Shown piece by piece: positions 30,490 through 41,053 of a stretch of 64,000 nt of DNA; the first letter of the stretch is position 1, and each line of letters begins with the position of its first letter. The position numbers and the translations under genes are program-made. The stretch spans positions 448,001 through 512,000 of the forward strand of contig CAWFQB010000014.1 in NCBI GenBank assembly GCA_963817895.1, read 5' to 3'. The notes below the pieces were generated by a model. The model was given only the letters and a program-made list of their open reading frames with translations. It ran no database searches and was not told the origin of the DNA. Source of the stretch: an uncultured Chthonomonadaceae bacterium. Lineage in GTDB: Bacteria > Armatimonadota > Chthonomonadetes > Chthonomonadales > Chthonomonadaceae.

Positions 30490-32187
30490 ATGAGAACACC
30501 AACCACCAACCACCAACCACCAACCACCACTTTCGACCCCGTTCAGGTGGAAGTATGGCGGCACTTGCTGGCGGCAGTGGCCGAAGAGATGGGCGTCACG
30601 CTGGAACGAACAGCCTACTCCCCCAACATCAAGGAGCGTCTGGACCATAGCTGCGCCCTGTTCGACGCGGAGGGACGATTACTCGCGCAGGCGGCCCACA
30701 TTCCCGTACATCTCGGCGCAATGCCCCTGATGATTCAATCCCTGCGTTCCCGACTCGACTGGCAGCCTGGCAGCATGTGGCTGTGCAACGATCCCCGTTG
30801 CGGCGGAACCCATTTGCCGGATATTACGCTGATTGCGCCCGTGTTTGTAAAGGATGAAGGCGGAAGGATGAAGGATGAGGGGAAAATACGAGATACAAGA
30901 TACGAGATACGAGAAGAAGAGAATTCATCCTTCATGCTTCATCCTTCATCCTTGCTTGGCTTCGTCGCCAGCCGCGCCCATCATGCCGATGTGGGGGGAT
31001 TGTCGCCCGGTTCGCTGCCGCTTTCTACGGAAGCCTTTCACGAGGGAATTATCATTCCGCCGCTGTTGTTGGTAGAAAATGGGCAGGTGCGGCAGGACGC
31101 TCTGGAACTGGTTTGCGCCAATTCACGGACGCCGGGGGAGCGGCGGGGCGACCTGTCGGCGCAAATCGCCGCCAATGAGACGGGCATACGGAGGTTTCGC
31201 GCTCTGATGGAAGCGCATGGCGCGGAAACATTCGGGCTGCGCGTGGGCGAAAACATCGCGTATGCCGCGCAAGCCGTTCGCGCCGCCATTCAAACCCTGC
31301 CGCCGGGAGTTTATGAGGCCGAGGATGTTCTGGACGATGACGGCGCGGGCAGCACAGACATTCTGATTCGCGTTAAAATGACCGTGCAGGCAAACGGCGG
31401 CATCTGCTTTGATTTCACGGGCAGCGCCAGTCAGGTGCGCGGTTCGCTCAACGCCACTCTCGCCATTACCCGTTCCGCCTGCTACTACGTCGTCCGCTGT
31501 CTTGTCGAGGAAGAAATCCCCACGAATGAGGGCTGTTTCGCGCCCGTCGAAGTGATTGCGCCACCGGGAAGCATCGTCAACGCGCGTTTTCCGGCTGCGG
31601 TGGCGGCGGGAAATGTCGAGACTTCGCAGCGCATTGTGGATGTGCTGTTGCGGGCATTAGCGCAGGCCGCGCCTGAACGTATTCCCGCCGCCAGTCAAGG
31701 CACGATGAACAACCTGACCATCGGCGGGTGGGACGCGGAGCGGCAACAGCCGTTCGCGTATTACGAAACAATTGCGGGCGGCGCGGGCGCGTCCCCTTTC
31801 GGAGCGGGCATGTCGGGCATCCACACCCACATGACCAACACGCGCAATACGCCGGTCGAAGCCTTTGAAACCCATTATCCCATGCGCGTGGAAGCCTACG
31901 CGCTTGCAGAGGGGACAGGCGGCGAAGGCGAACACGCGGGCGGCATGGGAATCATACGCCAAATCCGTCTGCTCACGGATTGCCGCGTGTCGCTGCTGAC
32001 CGAGCGGCGCGTCCATCCCCCGTTCGGCGCGCATGGCGGCCGTCCGGGGCAATGCGGGCAAAATCGGCTGCAATTGCCGGGACAGGCGGAACAAACTCTC
32101 CCCGGCAAATGGAGCGCGGACTGCCCCACCGATTCCCTGTTGACCCTGCGCACCCCCGGCGGCGGCGGCTGGGGTAACAAATCCTGA
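30490..32187 (+). CDS. Hydantoinase B / 5-oxoprolinase family protein
   Basis: RTAYSPNIKERLDHSCALFD, QAAHIPVHLG, GGTHLPD, RAHHADVGG, GNVETSQR, TPGGGGWG. Confidence 0.93.
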   Translation: MRTPTTNHQPPTTTFDPVQVEVWRHLLAAVAEEMGVTLERTAYSPNIKERLDHSCALFDAEGRLLAQAAHIPVHLGAMPLMIQSLRSRLDWQPGSMWLCNDPRCGGTHLPDITLIAPVFVKDEGGRMKDEGKIRDTRYEIREEENSSFMLHPSSLLGFVASRAHHADVGGLSPGSLPLSTEAFHEGIIIPPLLLVENGQVRQDALELVCANSRTPGERRGDLSAQIAANETGIRRFRALMEAHGAETFGLRVGENIAYAAQAVRAAIQTLPPGVYEAEDVLDDDGAGSTDILIRVKMTVQANGGICFDFTGSASQVRGSLNATLAITRSACYYVVRCLVEEEIPTNEGCFAPVEVIAPPGSIVNARFPAAVAAGNVETSQRIVDVLLRALAQAAPERIPAASQGTMNNLTIGGWDAERQQPFAYYETIAGGAGASPFGAGMSGIHTHMTNTRNTPVEAFETHYPMRVEAYALAEGTGGEGEHAGGMGIIRQIRLLTDCRVSLLTERRVHPPFGAHGGRPGQCGQNRLQLPGQAEQTLPGKWSADCPTDSLLTLRTPGGGGWGNKS

Positions 32188-32280
32188 TAAGTCTATTAGC
32201 GCGTTGTTCTTCTGTGGCGAGTAGAACACGGGCAGAAAACAAAGCGGAACGAAGTCTTCTGTTTGGCAATTTTTCCTGTG

Positions 32281-32745
32281 TTACTCGTCTATTGTTTGTA
32301 TAAAAGTGAGCGGATCAACAACAGTCATGTAGGGGTACAGACGTTTAAAATCACTGCTTGACCTGAGAACAAGCAGATGTTTGTCTCGCGTGACGAGAAA
32401 ATCTACTTCCTCCTGAATTGCAAGATTCAGAATTTTCTCGTCATTGGGGTCACGCGGATATTGCAAATAGGGACGTATCACGGTTACGGGAGTTGTTTTC
32501 AGGTCTATAATGCGCAGTATCAGGTTGGCTCGTTCGGGAGTAAGGAGTGGATTTTTTGCGATGACAACGGGGCGCGTAAGAACATCTGCATACTCTTCTC
32601 GCACCTGCGGGCTGAGTGGCACAATAATTTTTCCGGCTGCCAACAAACGCAAACACGACGCAGCCGGACCTGCATTTGATATAGCGGATTGCAGCACGAC
32701 ACCCGTATCAAATACCGCTTTTTTGCGATCAACAGGTTCGCTCAT
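32281..32745 (-). CDS. PIN-domain toxin (putative TA system)
   Basis: AVFDTGVVLQS...E..DVL.RP...RDPNDEKIL.LA...DFLVTRDKHLL. Confidence 0.88.
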   Translation of the reverse strand: MSEPVDRKKAVFDTGVVLQSAISNAGPAASCLRLLAAGKIIVPLSPQVREEYADVLTRPVVIAKNPLLTPERANLILRIIDLKTTPVTVIRPYLQYPRDPNDEKILNLAIQEEVDFLVTRDKHLLVLRSSSDFKRLYPYMTVVDPLTFIQTIDE

Positions 32746-33098
32746 GATTTAGATGTTTGAGGGGCGCGGCGTTCCGCTCGATATTTAGCCACCTCGGTAT
32801 CCACAAACTCTCCAATTTCTTCTTCTGTATGTCCCTGCTTATGGCTATATTCGTAAACGGGAGCCAGTATCTCGGCCAACATCGCGCTTAAATCTTCTTC
32901 GGGCGATACTTCATCTGCAATCAGGCGCTCAATTCCCCTCTTCGCAACTGTTTCCTTCACAACCAACTCAGGAACAGTCTTCATTGTATCGTCATGTTTC
33001 GCGCCGCAGCATAGCGATTCCGATTCGACCACAGTGCCTTCATCCAGTTCGCTGTCATAGCCTGCTTCTATATCGGCTATTCCTTTTTTTTCTTTCAT
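32742..33098 (-). CDS. Putative antitoxin (acidic small protein upstream of PIN toxin)
   Basis: Overlaps the PIN start by 4 nt; C-terminal TEEEIGEFVDTEVAKYRAERR resembles antitoxin tails. Confidence 0.55.
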   Translation of the reverse strand: MKEKKGIADIEAGYDSELDEGTVVESESLCCGAKHDDTMKTVPELVVKETVAKRGIERLIADEVSPEEDLSAMLAEILAPVYEYSHKQGHTEEEIGEFVDTEVAKYRAERRAPQTSKS

Positions 33099-33350
33099 CT
33101 AAGAAACTCTCCCTTCTTTAAATTACTCTAATCGCAAACAGAAAGCCAGAAACTTCACCGCTCTCTTTTCTACTCCATTATAGGGAGAAAGGAGGAGAAT
33201 TGTCAACGAATTCAGCAAAAAATCTCTGGCGCAATTCAAGTTCGGGGATATACGGATAAAACCTTTTTTACATACTCCCGGCGGTTGAGAATAGAAACCA
33301 TAATCCCGCCCGGTTGCCGCGTTTTTATTTTCTGTCGCGTATAAAAGCGC

Positions 33351-34292
33351 ATGGAACACAGGCAAGACACCGAAACGCGCAGCTTTCTCTGGCAAAAACC
33401 ACAACTTGGCCTGGTGTGCATCACGACTACGGAACGGGTACGCTTTCGGACGATTACGCGAACGCGCCTGCTGCAATTTCCCGCGCATGAACGCTCGTTT
33501 TTGCTGTACCATCTGTATCAGGACAATTTGAACCGGCTGGCGGGCGCGCTGGAGTTTTGCGCCCAAAACAACATCGGCATGTACCGGCTGTCCTCCAACC
33601 TGCTGCCCTTTGCCGACGATCCCACATACGAGGACGCGCTGCTTGCCTGTTCGGAAACCCTTGCCGCGATTGGCGCGCGGGCGGATGCGTTACACATCCG
33701 CCTGCTGGCGCACCCGGAACAATTTATCGTGCTGAGTTCCGACAGTCCGCAAGTGGTAGCGAACAGCATCCGTTCCCTGCGCGGACACGCCCGTATTCTG
33801 GACATGATGAACCAGCCGCGCTCACACGCCTGCCCGCTGATTCTGCACGGCGGCAAAGGCAACCGGGCGGACGCCCTTGTTCGGACGATTGACACACTCG
33901 ACGAAACAATGCGGGCGCGGCTGATCCTTGAAAACGATGAGGATGCGTACAGCAGCCGGGAAATCTTGACCGTTTGCCGACGCGCGGGAGTTCCGATGGT
34001 CTTCGACGCGCACCATCATGTGTGCCATGAGAAACTCTCCAGTTATGAAGACGCAAGCGTGATAGAGATGTTCTGGGCGGCGCGGGAAACGTGGCCCCTC
34101 CCACAATGGCAAATTACGCATATCTCCAATGGGCGCGCGTTTTTCGCTGACACCCGCCACAGCGACCTCGTAACGCAAATACCCTCCGTATTCCGCTACG
34201 CGCCGTGGATAGAAGTGGAAGCCAAAGCCAAAGAGCAGGCCATCGCCCTGCTTCAAGCCCGCTGGCAAAGCAGGCTGCCAACAGCATTGTAG
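33351..34292 (+). CDS. uvsE: UV damage repair endonuclease
   Basis: LGLVC, YRLSSNLLP, RLLAHPEQF, ILHGG, RLILENDE, VFDAHHH, EVEAKAKE. Confidence 0.9.
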   Translation: MEHRQDTETRSFLWQKPQLGLVCITTTERVRFRTITRTRLLQFPAHERSFLLYHLYQDNLNRLAGALEFCAQNNIGMYRLSSNLLPFADDPTYEDALLACSETLAAIGARADALHIRLLAHPEQFIVLSSDSPQVVANSIRSLRGHARILDMMNQPRSHACPLILHGGKGNRADALVRTIDTLDETMRARLILENDEDAYSSREILTVCRRAGVPMVFDAHHHVCHEKLSSYEDASVIEMFWAARETWPLPQWQITHISNGRAFFADTRHSDLVTQIPSVFRYAPWIEVEAKAKEQAIALLQARWQSRLPTAL

Positions 34293-34385
34293 GGGCGCTG
34301 CTTGCCGCGCCCTCTTTCGCGAGGGGTTCAGCCCTTGATTGCGAAATTAAGCGATTGAGGAGGGTTCAGCAAGCAGAACCCCTAC
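34289..34385. repeat. REPIN (inverted GTAG-type REP pair) overlapping the uvsE stop
   Basis: gtaggggcgctgcttgccgcgccct ... agggttcagcaagcagaacccctac. Confidence 0.8.
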
Positions 34386-34429
34386 GATGTATTCTTTTCC
34401 ACGAGATTACAATTTATTTGCGCAAAGGG

Positions 34430-34459
34430 TTGACAGCTGCGCAGTGGCAACGGTATACT
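34430..34459 (+). promoter_or_regulatory. Sigma70-type promoter of the arg cluster
   Basis: TTGACA-N18-TATACT. Confidence 0.7.
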
Positions 34460-34490
34460 GCTATTATCTTTTGAAGGATATGATGAATTT

Positions 34491-34559
34491 ATGTTAGCAT
34501 ACAACATAAACAGTTCTTGTTCGGCATCCAGCCGTCGCCGTCAGCGTACCGGTTTCTAA
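34491..34559 (+). CDS. Putative arginine leader peptide MLAYNINSSCSASSRRRQRTGF
   Basis: 22-codon uORF after AAGGA; CGT CGC CGT CAG CGT at 34533..34547; lies directly upstream of argC. Confidence 0.75.
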   Translation: MLAYNINSSCSASSRRRQRTGF

Positions 34560-34602
34560 GCCCACGCTGCGCGGCGCAAGTCGTTTTGCTTCGCAATTGA
34601 AG

Positions 34603-34647
34603 GTCGTGGGCCAATCCGAGGACGGAGGCTTGCGGCTTTTTTGTTTT
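34603..34647 (+). terminator. Attenuator terminator in the arg leader
   Basis: gtcgtgggcc pairs with ggcttgcggc (with G-U pairs), inner tccg/cgga stem, then TTTTTTGTTTT. Confidence 0.7.
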
Positions 34648-34712
34648 GTGCTTACCAGCCGCCGGTCACACTGCACCGCGCGGCTTTTATATTGAGTCTG
34701 GAAGGTGCTGTT

Positions 34713-35774
34713 ATGATTGATGTAGGAGTTGTGGGGGCGTCAGGGTATGGCGGCGGGGAATTGCTGCGCCTGCTGCTGCGGCATCCCGATGTGCAGGTGA
34801 CAGCCGCCGTATCGGAAACGTATGCGGGCAAGCCGTTGTCTGCGGCGTTTCCCGGCCTGACGAATACCCGCGCAGATCAACTGCGATTTGAAAGTTATGG
34901 CGACGGCAGCCGTATCGCGCAATGCGACGTGGTGTTTCTGGCGCAGGAAAACACCAAAGCCATGCAGACCGCGCCCCATCTGATTGAGGCCGGGTGCAAA
35001 ATCGTGGATTTGTCCGCTGATTTCCGGTTTCGCAGACACAGACACATACGCGCAGTGGTATGGCATGGCACACGCCTGTCCGCGCCTCAATGCCGAGGCC
35101 GTATACGGGATGCCGGAACTGAACAAAGAGGCCATTCGCAAGGCGCGGATTGTCGGGCAATCCCGGCTGCCACGCCACTGCGGGAATCCTCGCCCTCGCG
35201 CCCCTTATGAAGAACAATCTGATTGATGTAAACAGTATCATCATTGATCTCCAAAACCGGCGTATCGGGCGCGGGACGGGCGAAATTCAGCCTCGACTAC
35301 CACTTTCCTGAAATCAATGAGAGCGTGAGCGCGTACAAAGTTGCGGGGACGCACCGCCACACGCCCGAAATCGAAATGGCGCTTCAGCCGCTTACCAATT
35401 CGCCAACGCCGCTTGCCGTGACGTTCACGCCACATCTGATTCCCATGACGCGCGGCATACTGGCAACCTGCTATGCCACCTGAAAACAACCGGCAGGCGT
35501 AGCCGAATTGAATCAACTGTATACCGGCAATTTTATGCCGACGCGCCCTTTGTCGCCGTTGTGGAAGACCATTTGCCTGCCACAAAACACACGCTCGGCA
35601 CTAACGTTTGCCATCTTGCCGTCAGCGTAGACAACCGTAACAACCGCGTCACCGATTATTTCCTGTCTCGACAACCTGATTAAAGGCGCGGCGGGTCAGG
35701 CCATTCAGAACATGAACCTGATGTGCGGTCTGGAAGAAACCGCAGGATTGGAAGGGGGAGGGTTATGGCCGTAA
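34713..35774 (+). CDS. argC: N-acetyl-gamma-glutamyl-phosphate reductase (frameshifted)
   Basis: [72 protein letters not shown]. Confidence 0.95.
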
Positions 35775-36404
35775 TGATAGAAAAGGAGAAAAGGAGAAGA
35801 GGAGAAGAGGAGACAGGAGGAAATAATGAAGTAAATCTCCCCTCATCCCTCATCCCTCATCCCTCATCCCTACCTGTCTTCGTCCGACTTTACCGCCCCG
35901 AAGACTACCCTACTGTTCTGGCTTTGTGGGAAGAAGCGAAACTGCGCCCGTATCTGGAACACGGAATTAGAACGGCTGATGGGTTCGGGAGGCGGCGCGT
36001 TGGTTGCTGTCGCGCCGCAGACGAAAGACGCGGGCGGGCTTTCAGAAGATCAAGCTGGAGAGTTCAGGAACGAGCAAGTTGTGGGCGTTATTTTGTGGTC
36101 GCACAATGGCAGCGTGGGCATTTTGTGGCGATTGGCGGTTGCGGAACATCAGCGAGGGCGGGGCATTGCCACAAAACTTTTGGACAGGGCGGAGCAGGAC
36201 ATTTACGAGGCGGGATTGAGCGGCGTAACCCTGCTCACCCGCGTCACAAACACGGTCGCCAAAAGTATGTATACCAAACGCGGCTACAAACATAACAGCC
36301 CTCTGGAATTTTGGGGCAAAAAACTGTCCGAACCGGGAACAGAAATACCGAACACCGAGAACTCTCAACCCTCAACTTCGAGCGAGGAGCAAACATCGTG
36401 CTGA
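35774..36404 (+). CDS. GNAT acetyltransferase (frameshifted; N-terminus partly repeat-derived)
   Basis: VRLYRPEDY..VLALW; LAVAEHQRGRGIATKLL; N..AKSMYTKRGY. Confidence 0.8.
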
Positions 36405-37620
36405 CGCAGTGGAAGGATGTGGAAGCGGGCGTTACGTACCCGGAAGGCTTTGTCGCGTCGGCGGTGCGCTGCGGCCTGAAAACGGCGGGCGCGGATTTGG
36501 CGTTGCTCGTCAGCGACACGGCGGCGACCGTTGCCGGCGTGTTCACCACCAACCGGGTGCAGGCCGCGTGTGTGCAGTATTCCCGGCGCGTAACCCGCAA
36601 CGGAACCGCTCGCGCTATCCTTATCAATGCGGGCAACGCCAACGCCTGCAACGGCGAACAGGGCGACCACGACAACCGGACACTGGCCGAATGGGTATCG
36701 CGTCACCTCAATATTCCGCCGGATTCGGTACTCACCGCGTCAACGGGAATCATCGGGCATCTGATGCCGATGGATAAACTGCAAGCCGGCATTGCCGACG
36801 CGGTTGCCAATCTGGACCGGGACGAGGACACGGATGAAGCCGTTGCCCGCGCCATTATGACGACGGATACCGTTCCCAAATTTCGCGCCTGCGACGCGGA
36901 CAGCGACCAATGGGTTGCGCCCATTCGGTTCGGCGGCATGTGCAAGGGCGCGGGCATGATCGCGCCCAACATGGCGACCATGCTTGCCTTTCTCACGACG
37001 GATGCCCGCCTGCCCGCGCCCCTGCTTGCAGGAAGCCCTGAAACGCGCCGTTGCCGCCTCGTTCAACAGCGTCACCATTGACGGCGATACCAGTACCAAT
37101 GACATGGGCCTGCTGCTGGCATCCGGTATGGGCGAGGGCGTGATCTCCGTACCCGGCCCCGCCTTTGAAGATTTTGTCGAAGCCTTAACCCGCCTGTGCA
37201 TCGAGCTTGCCAAAGCCATTGCCCGCGACGGCGAGGGCGCAACCAAACTGGCGGAAATTATCGTTCGCGGCGCGTTGACGGAAGCCGGGGCGCATACGAT
37301 TGCGAAAACCATTGCCGAATCGCCGCTCGTGAAAACTGCCCTGTTCGGCAACGATCCGAACTGGGGCCGGTTGCTCATGGCGGCAGGACGCGCCGGGCGT
37401 TCCCTTCGACCCGACCAAAATAGACGTGCAAATCGGCCCGCATCTTGTCTGTTCGCAGGGCGGCAGCGTGGAATTCGACCGCGATGGGGCGCATGATTAT
37501 CTGACACAAAAAGACGTGCAAATCGTGCTGGACTTGAATCAGGGCGACGAACTCGCCACCGTCTGGACGTGCGATTACAGCTACGATTACATCAAAATCA
37601 ACGCAGAGTACCACACGTAG
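36398..37620 (+). CDS. argJ: Bifunctional ornithine acetyltransferase / N-acetylglutamate synthase (frameshifted)
   Basis: AGVFTTN, NAGNANA, KGAGMIAPNMATML, DGDTSTND, RDGEGATK, DPNWGR, YIKINAEYHT. Confidence 0.95.
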
Positions 37621-37711
37621 GCAAAGGATGAAGGATGAAGGATGAAGGATGAGTAAAATATGCATCGACATTCATCATTCATCACTCATCATTTGCTTTT
37701 TGGTCAACACC

Positions 37712-38524
37712 ATGCAATTACGCTCATTTGGCTATCGTACCGATCTGATTTTCGCGCGCTTTGAAGGCCGCATTACGGATAAAGGCGACTATTTGGTAAT
37801 CCAAACGCCCTCCAATCCGACCTTTTACTGGGGCAACTTTCTGCTGTTCGCGCATCCGCCGCAACCGGGGGATTATGAACGGTGGACAAAACTATTCGCG
37901 CAGGAGATAGGATCGCCCGAACAGGTGGGACATATTGCTCTTGCATGGGATAATACAGCAGGCGAAACCGGCGAGGTCGCGCCCTTTCTGGCAGCGGGCT
38001 TCGAGTTAGATACCGCTGTCGCGCTGACCGCCCGGCAAGTACAACTGCCGCCGAAGTTCAACCCCGATGTACAGGTACGCGCGCTTGAGTCGGAGGAGGA
38101 TTGGGAAACCGCCCTGCAAAACCAGATTGTACACAGGGAGCCGAAGTACAGTCTGGAAGGCTACACGACATTTCGGCGCGCGAAAATGGCATCTTATCGC
38201 GCGATGGTCGCGCAGGGGTTGGGGCATTGGTTCGGCGCGTTTGTGAATGATGAAATGGCAGGCGATTTAGGGCTGTTTGTGGACAGTACCCAGCGCGGCA
38301 TTGGCCGCTTCCAATTCGTCACCACCTACCCGGATTTTCGCAGGCAGGGAGTTTGCTCTACCCTTGTTTACAAGGCCGCCCAATTCGGCCTTACTTCGAT
38401 GGGTCTTGAAACACTGGTGATGATAGCGGACGAAGACTACTTTGCCGCCCGTATCTACGAGTCGGTAGGATTTCAGCCCGCCGAACGCCTGACAAATCTG
38501 CAATGGGTTGCAAACACAAAATGA
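37712..38524 (+). CDS. GNAT acetyltransferase
   Basis: TPSNPTFYWGNFL; RFQFVTTYPDFRRQGVCSTLV; ARIYESVGF. Confidence 0.85.
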   Translation: MQLRSFGYRTDLIFARFEGRITDKGDYLVIQTPSNPTFYWGNFLLFAHPPQPGDYERWTKLFAQEIGSPEQVGHIALAWDNTAGETGEVAPFLAAGFELDTAVALTARQVQLPPKFNPDVQVRALESEEDWETALQNQIVHREPKYSLEGYTTFRRAKMASYRAMVAQGLGHWFGAFVNDEMAGDLGLFVDSTQRGIGRFQFVTTYPDFRRQGVCSTLVYKAAQFGLTSMGLETLVMIADEDYFAARIYESVGFQPAERLTNLQWVANTK

Positions 38525-38997
38525 ACTTAAAACAACCAATTCATCTGCGCGTGATGAGTCGTCCGGCATTGGGGCAAATGGCTGCGGACGAGCCGTTTAT
38601 CCTGATTTCCGTCACCGATCCCGGTTCCGATGAGGCGTTGGTTGCGGACACGCCGCTGTGTCGCGGAGTCCTGCGGCTGCAATTCGACGATGCCGAGTAC
38701 AAAGGACAAACCCCACGCGGCAAAACCCTCATCAGCAAACAGGACGCCGACGCCATACTCGCGCTCATACACCGGCATGTCATGGAAGCGCAGGAGCCGG
38801 TACATACGATCATTTGCCAGTGCGAAATGGGGCGCAGCCGCTCGGCAGGCATCGCCGCTGCCCTGTCCAAAATTCTGACAGGCGAAGACGCCCACTTTTT
38901 CAGCGACTACTACCCGAATCGTTGGGTATACCAAACCATTTTAGACCAACACGCCCAACATCAGGAAGCAACAACCTCTTCCCTGACTCGGAAGTAA
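38521..38997 (+). CDS. Protein-tyrosine/dual-specificity phosphatase-like protein
   Basis: ISVTDP, LRLQFDD, CX5R motif CEMGRSRSAGIA, PNRWVY. Confidence 0.8.
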   Translation: MNLKQPIHLRVMSRPALGQMAADEPFILISVTDPGSDEALVADTPLCRGVLRLQFDDAEYKGQTPRGKTLISKQDADAILALIHRHVMEAQEPVHTIICQCEMGRSRSAGIAAALSKILTGEDAHFFSDYYPNRWVYQTILDQHAQHQEATTSSLTRK

Positions 38998-39016
38998 TCA
39001 AACTTCAGACTTCCTG

Positions 39017-39119
39017 AGAGCCTATTCCAATAGGCCGGGTACAGAGAACGTACCCGTCTGAGTAGCCTGCGGCTAAACGTCCTTCGGACGTAAATGCTTT
39101 TCCTACTGGGACAGGCTCT
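39017..39119. mobile_element. About 103-bp MITE with 18-bp imperfect TIRs and internal hairpins (copy 1)
   Basis: agagcctattccaatagg ... cctactgggacaggctct; second copy at 52003..52106. Confidence 0.8.
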
Positions 39120-39148
39120 AAGCGCGACCAGCCCCCATACAACCGCCT

Positions 39149-39196
39149 CCCCTCTCCTGGCGCGTTGCGCGGCAAGGAGAGGGGCCGGGGGTGAGG
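39149..39196. repeat. CCCCTCTCC...GGAGAGGGG...GGTGAGG palindromic repeat
   Basis: Related copies at about 44131..44169 and, interrupted, at 59572..59782. Confidence 0.7.
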
Positions 39197-39279
39197 TCAA
39201 GCATCCCGCCCAAATTTCCTGTATAATAAGAGCAGGGACTTGCAGGCAGACTGCATAACTATCAACAGGTACTCACATA

Positions 39280-40146
39280 ATGCTACAAATTGATTCCAGC
39301 GCTCATGCGTCCGTACTGATTGAAGCCCTGCCCTATCTGCGGCAGTTTTACGGCAAAACCATTGTCGTCAAGTACGGCGGCAACGCCATGATTGACGAAA
39401 CGCTCAAAGCGCAGGTGATGCAGGATATTGCCCTGCTGCATTACGTGGGGATACGGCCTATTCTGGTACACGGCGGCGGGCCGGAAATCAGCGCCATGAT
39501 GAAGCAGATGGGACATGAACCCGCTTTCGTCGGCGGTCTGCGCGTGACCGACGCCGAAACTATGGAAATCGTCGAAATGGTGCTGGCAGGCAAAACCAAC
39601 AAAGGTATCGTATCCCTTCTCAACAAACAGGGCGCAAAGGCCGTCGGCTTGAGCGGCAAAGACGCCAATTTAATACAAGCCTATAAAATGGAATCGCCGC
39701 AGGGTGATCTGGGCTATGTCGGTGAAGTGGCAAAAGTAAACGCGGAACTGCTCACCCTTCTTGGCGAACAGGGCTATATTCCCGTAATCTCGTCCGTCGC
39801 CATCGGACCCGACGGTGAAAGCTACAATGTCAACGCCGACCATGTTGCGGGACACATTGCCGCAGCCGTGCAAGCCGCCAAACTCGTGATTTTAACGGAT
39901 GTGGAGGGATTGTACGCCGATTACAGCGACAAGACAAGCCTGATTTCCGAAATGGACGCAGAACAGGCCGATAGCATGATTGCCAGCGGCGCGGCGGAAC
40001 GGGGCATGATTCCCAAACTGCAAGCTTGTATTGTGGCTGTAGAGGGCGGCGTACCCCGCGCCCACCTGATAGACGGACGCCTGCCACACGCCCTGCTCAT
40101 CGAAATCTTTACGGACGCGGGTATCGGCACAATGGTACACGCTTAG
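39280..40146 (+). CDS. argB: Acetylglutamate kinase
   Basis: VVKYGGNAM, LVHGGGPEI, GLRVTD, YNVNAD, GMIPK, HALLIEIFTDAGIGT. Confidence 0.97.
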   Translation: MLQIDSSAHASVLIEALPYLRQFYGKTIVVKYGGNAMIDETLKAQVMQDIALLHYVGIRPILVHGGGPEISAMMKQMGHEPAFVGGLRVTDAETMEIVEMVLAGKTNKGIVSLLNKQGAKAVGLSGKDANLIQAYKMESPQGDLGYVGEVAKVNAELLTLLGEQGYIPVISSVAIGPDGESYNVNADHVAGHIAAAVQAAKLVILTDVEGLYADYSDKTSLISEMDAEQADSMIASGAAERGMIPKLQACIVAVEGGVPRAHLIDGRLPHALLIEIFTDAGIGTMVHA

Positions 40147-40261
40147 GTTAGGTTGTTAGTTGTTAGGTTATCAGGTTGTTAGGTTGAGGAAAAAAGATAT
40201 ACATTACTAACCTAAAGACTTAACAACCTAACAACCTGCCTCTTGGAGTATTACAAAAAAT

Positions 40262-41053
40262 ATGGCACGAAAAAATACAATCGCGCGTGATTTTTTAGCG
40301 GCGTGTCTGACGTTTGCGCTGCTCACGGGCAGGGCTTCAACACTGAGCCGCGCCGATTCCCGGCAGAACGTGGATGAGTACGCCTATGCCGTTTCCGACG
40401 CGCCTGCGCGTGACGGCCATAACGATACCTACGCGGACGCGCTCACGAATGAACTGCACTGGGGACATTTTCCCATTCGTGTCGCGTTTACCAACAGCAT
40501 GAGCAGCGACCGCGAAAAACTCGATGAGATTGCGCAGCGCGGTTTCGCTCAGTGGGTCAAGGCGACGCAGGGCGAAGTAAAGTACGAAGTGGTTTCAACG
40601 CCCTCCCGCGCCGATGTGACCGTCACGTATGAGGTTGTTCCTGCCCGTCCGTTCACGGGCGGCAAACTTGGCACAACGGGTTTCAATTACAACAAAACGC
40701 GCCGCCAGTTGTTTCATGCGGATATGCACCTGAATGTATGGGAAGGCATGACGCGCCGCGACCTGGAACGCTTTGAAAACACTGCTGCGCACGAGTTCGG
40801 CCACGCGCTCGGCATCAACGGCCACAGCCCCAACCCCGATGACTTGATGTACTTCACATCATCGCAATCGGTGGACCGCGCGCGACCTGAACACGCTGGC
40901 CTGCATAGACGGCTTCAAACGCCAAAAGAAAGACATACCGCTCTAACTGTCGACCGGATTCAACTAAATCAACAGGATGCGCAAAACGCAATCAAGAAAT
41001 CCTGCCAAAACACGCTCATAAACAGATGGAGACGCCATGATACTCGACCTTGA
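40262..41053 (+). CDS. Matrixin/metzincin-like secreted metalloprotease (C-terminus possibly frameshifted)
   Basis: Signal peptide; HEFGHALGINGHS followed by Met-turn DLMY. Confidence 0.85.
   Translation: MARKNTIARDFLAACLTFALLTGRASTLSRADSRQNVDEYAYAVSDAPARDGHNDTYADALTNELHWGHFPIRVAFTNSMSSDREKLDEIAQRGFAQWVKATQGEVKYEVVSTPSRADVTVTYEVVPARPFTGGKLGTTGFNYNKTRRQLFHADMHLNVWEGMTRRDLERFENTAAHEFGHALGINGHSPNPDDLMYFTSSQSVDRARPEHAGLHRRLQTPKERHTALTVDRIQLNQQDAQNAIKKSCQNTLINRWRRHDTRP

Noticed and set aside
34482..34499. ARG box (TGAAT half-site)
   Set aside because: Only one half-site matches and there is no tandem box; the attenuator explains the leader better.
39058..39093. Hammerhead-like layout (CUGAG..stem..AAAC stem GUA) in the MITE
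   Set aside because: The core deviates from CUGANGA/GAAA, is not kept in copy 2, and stem I is absent.
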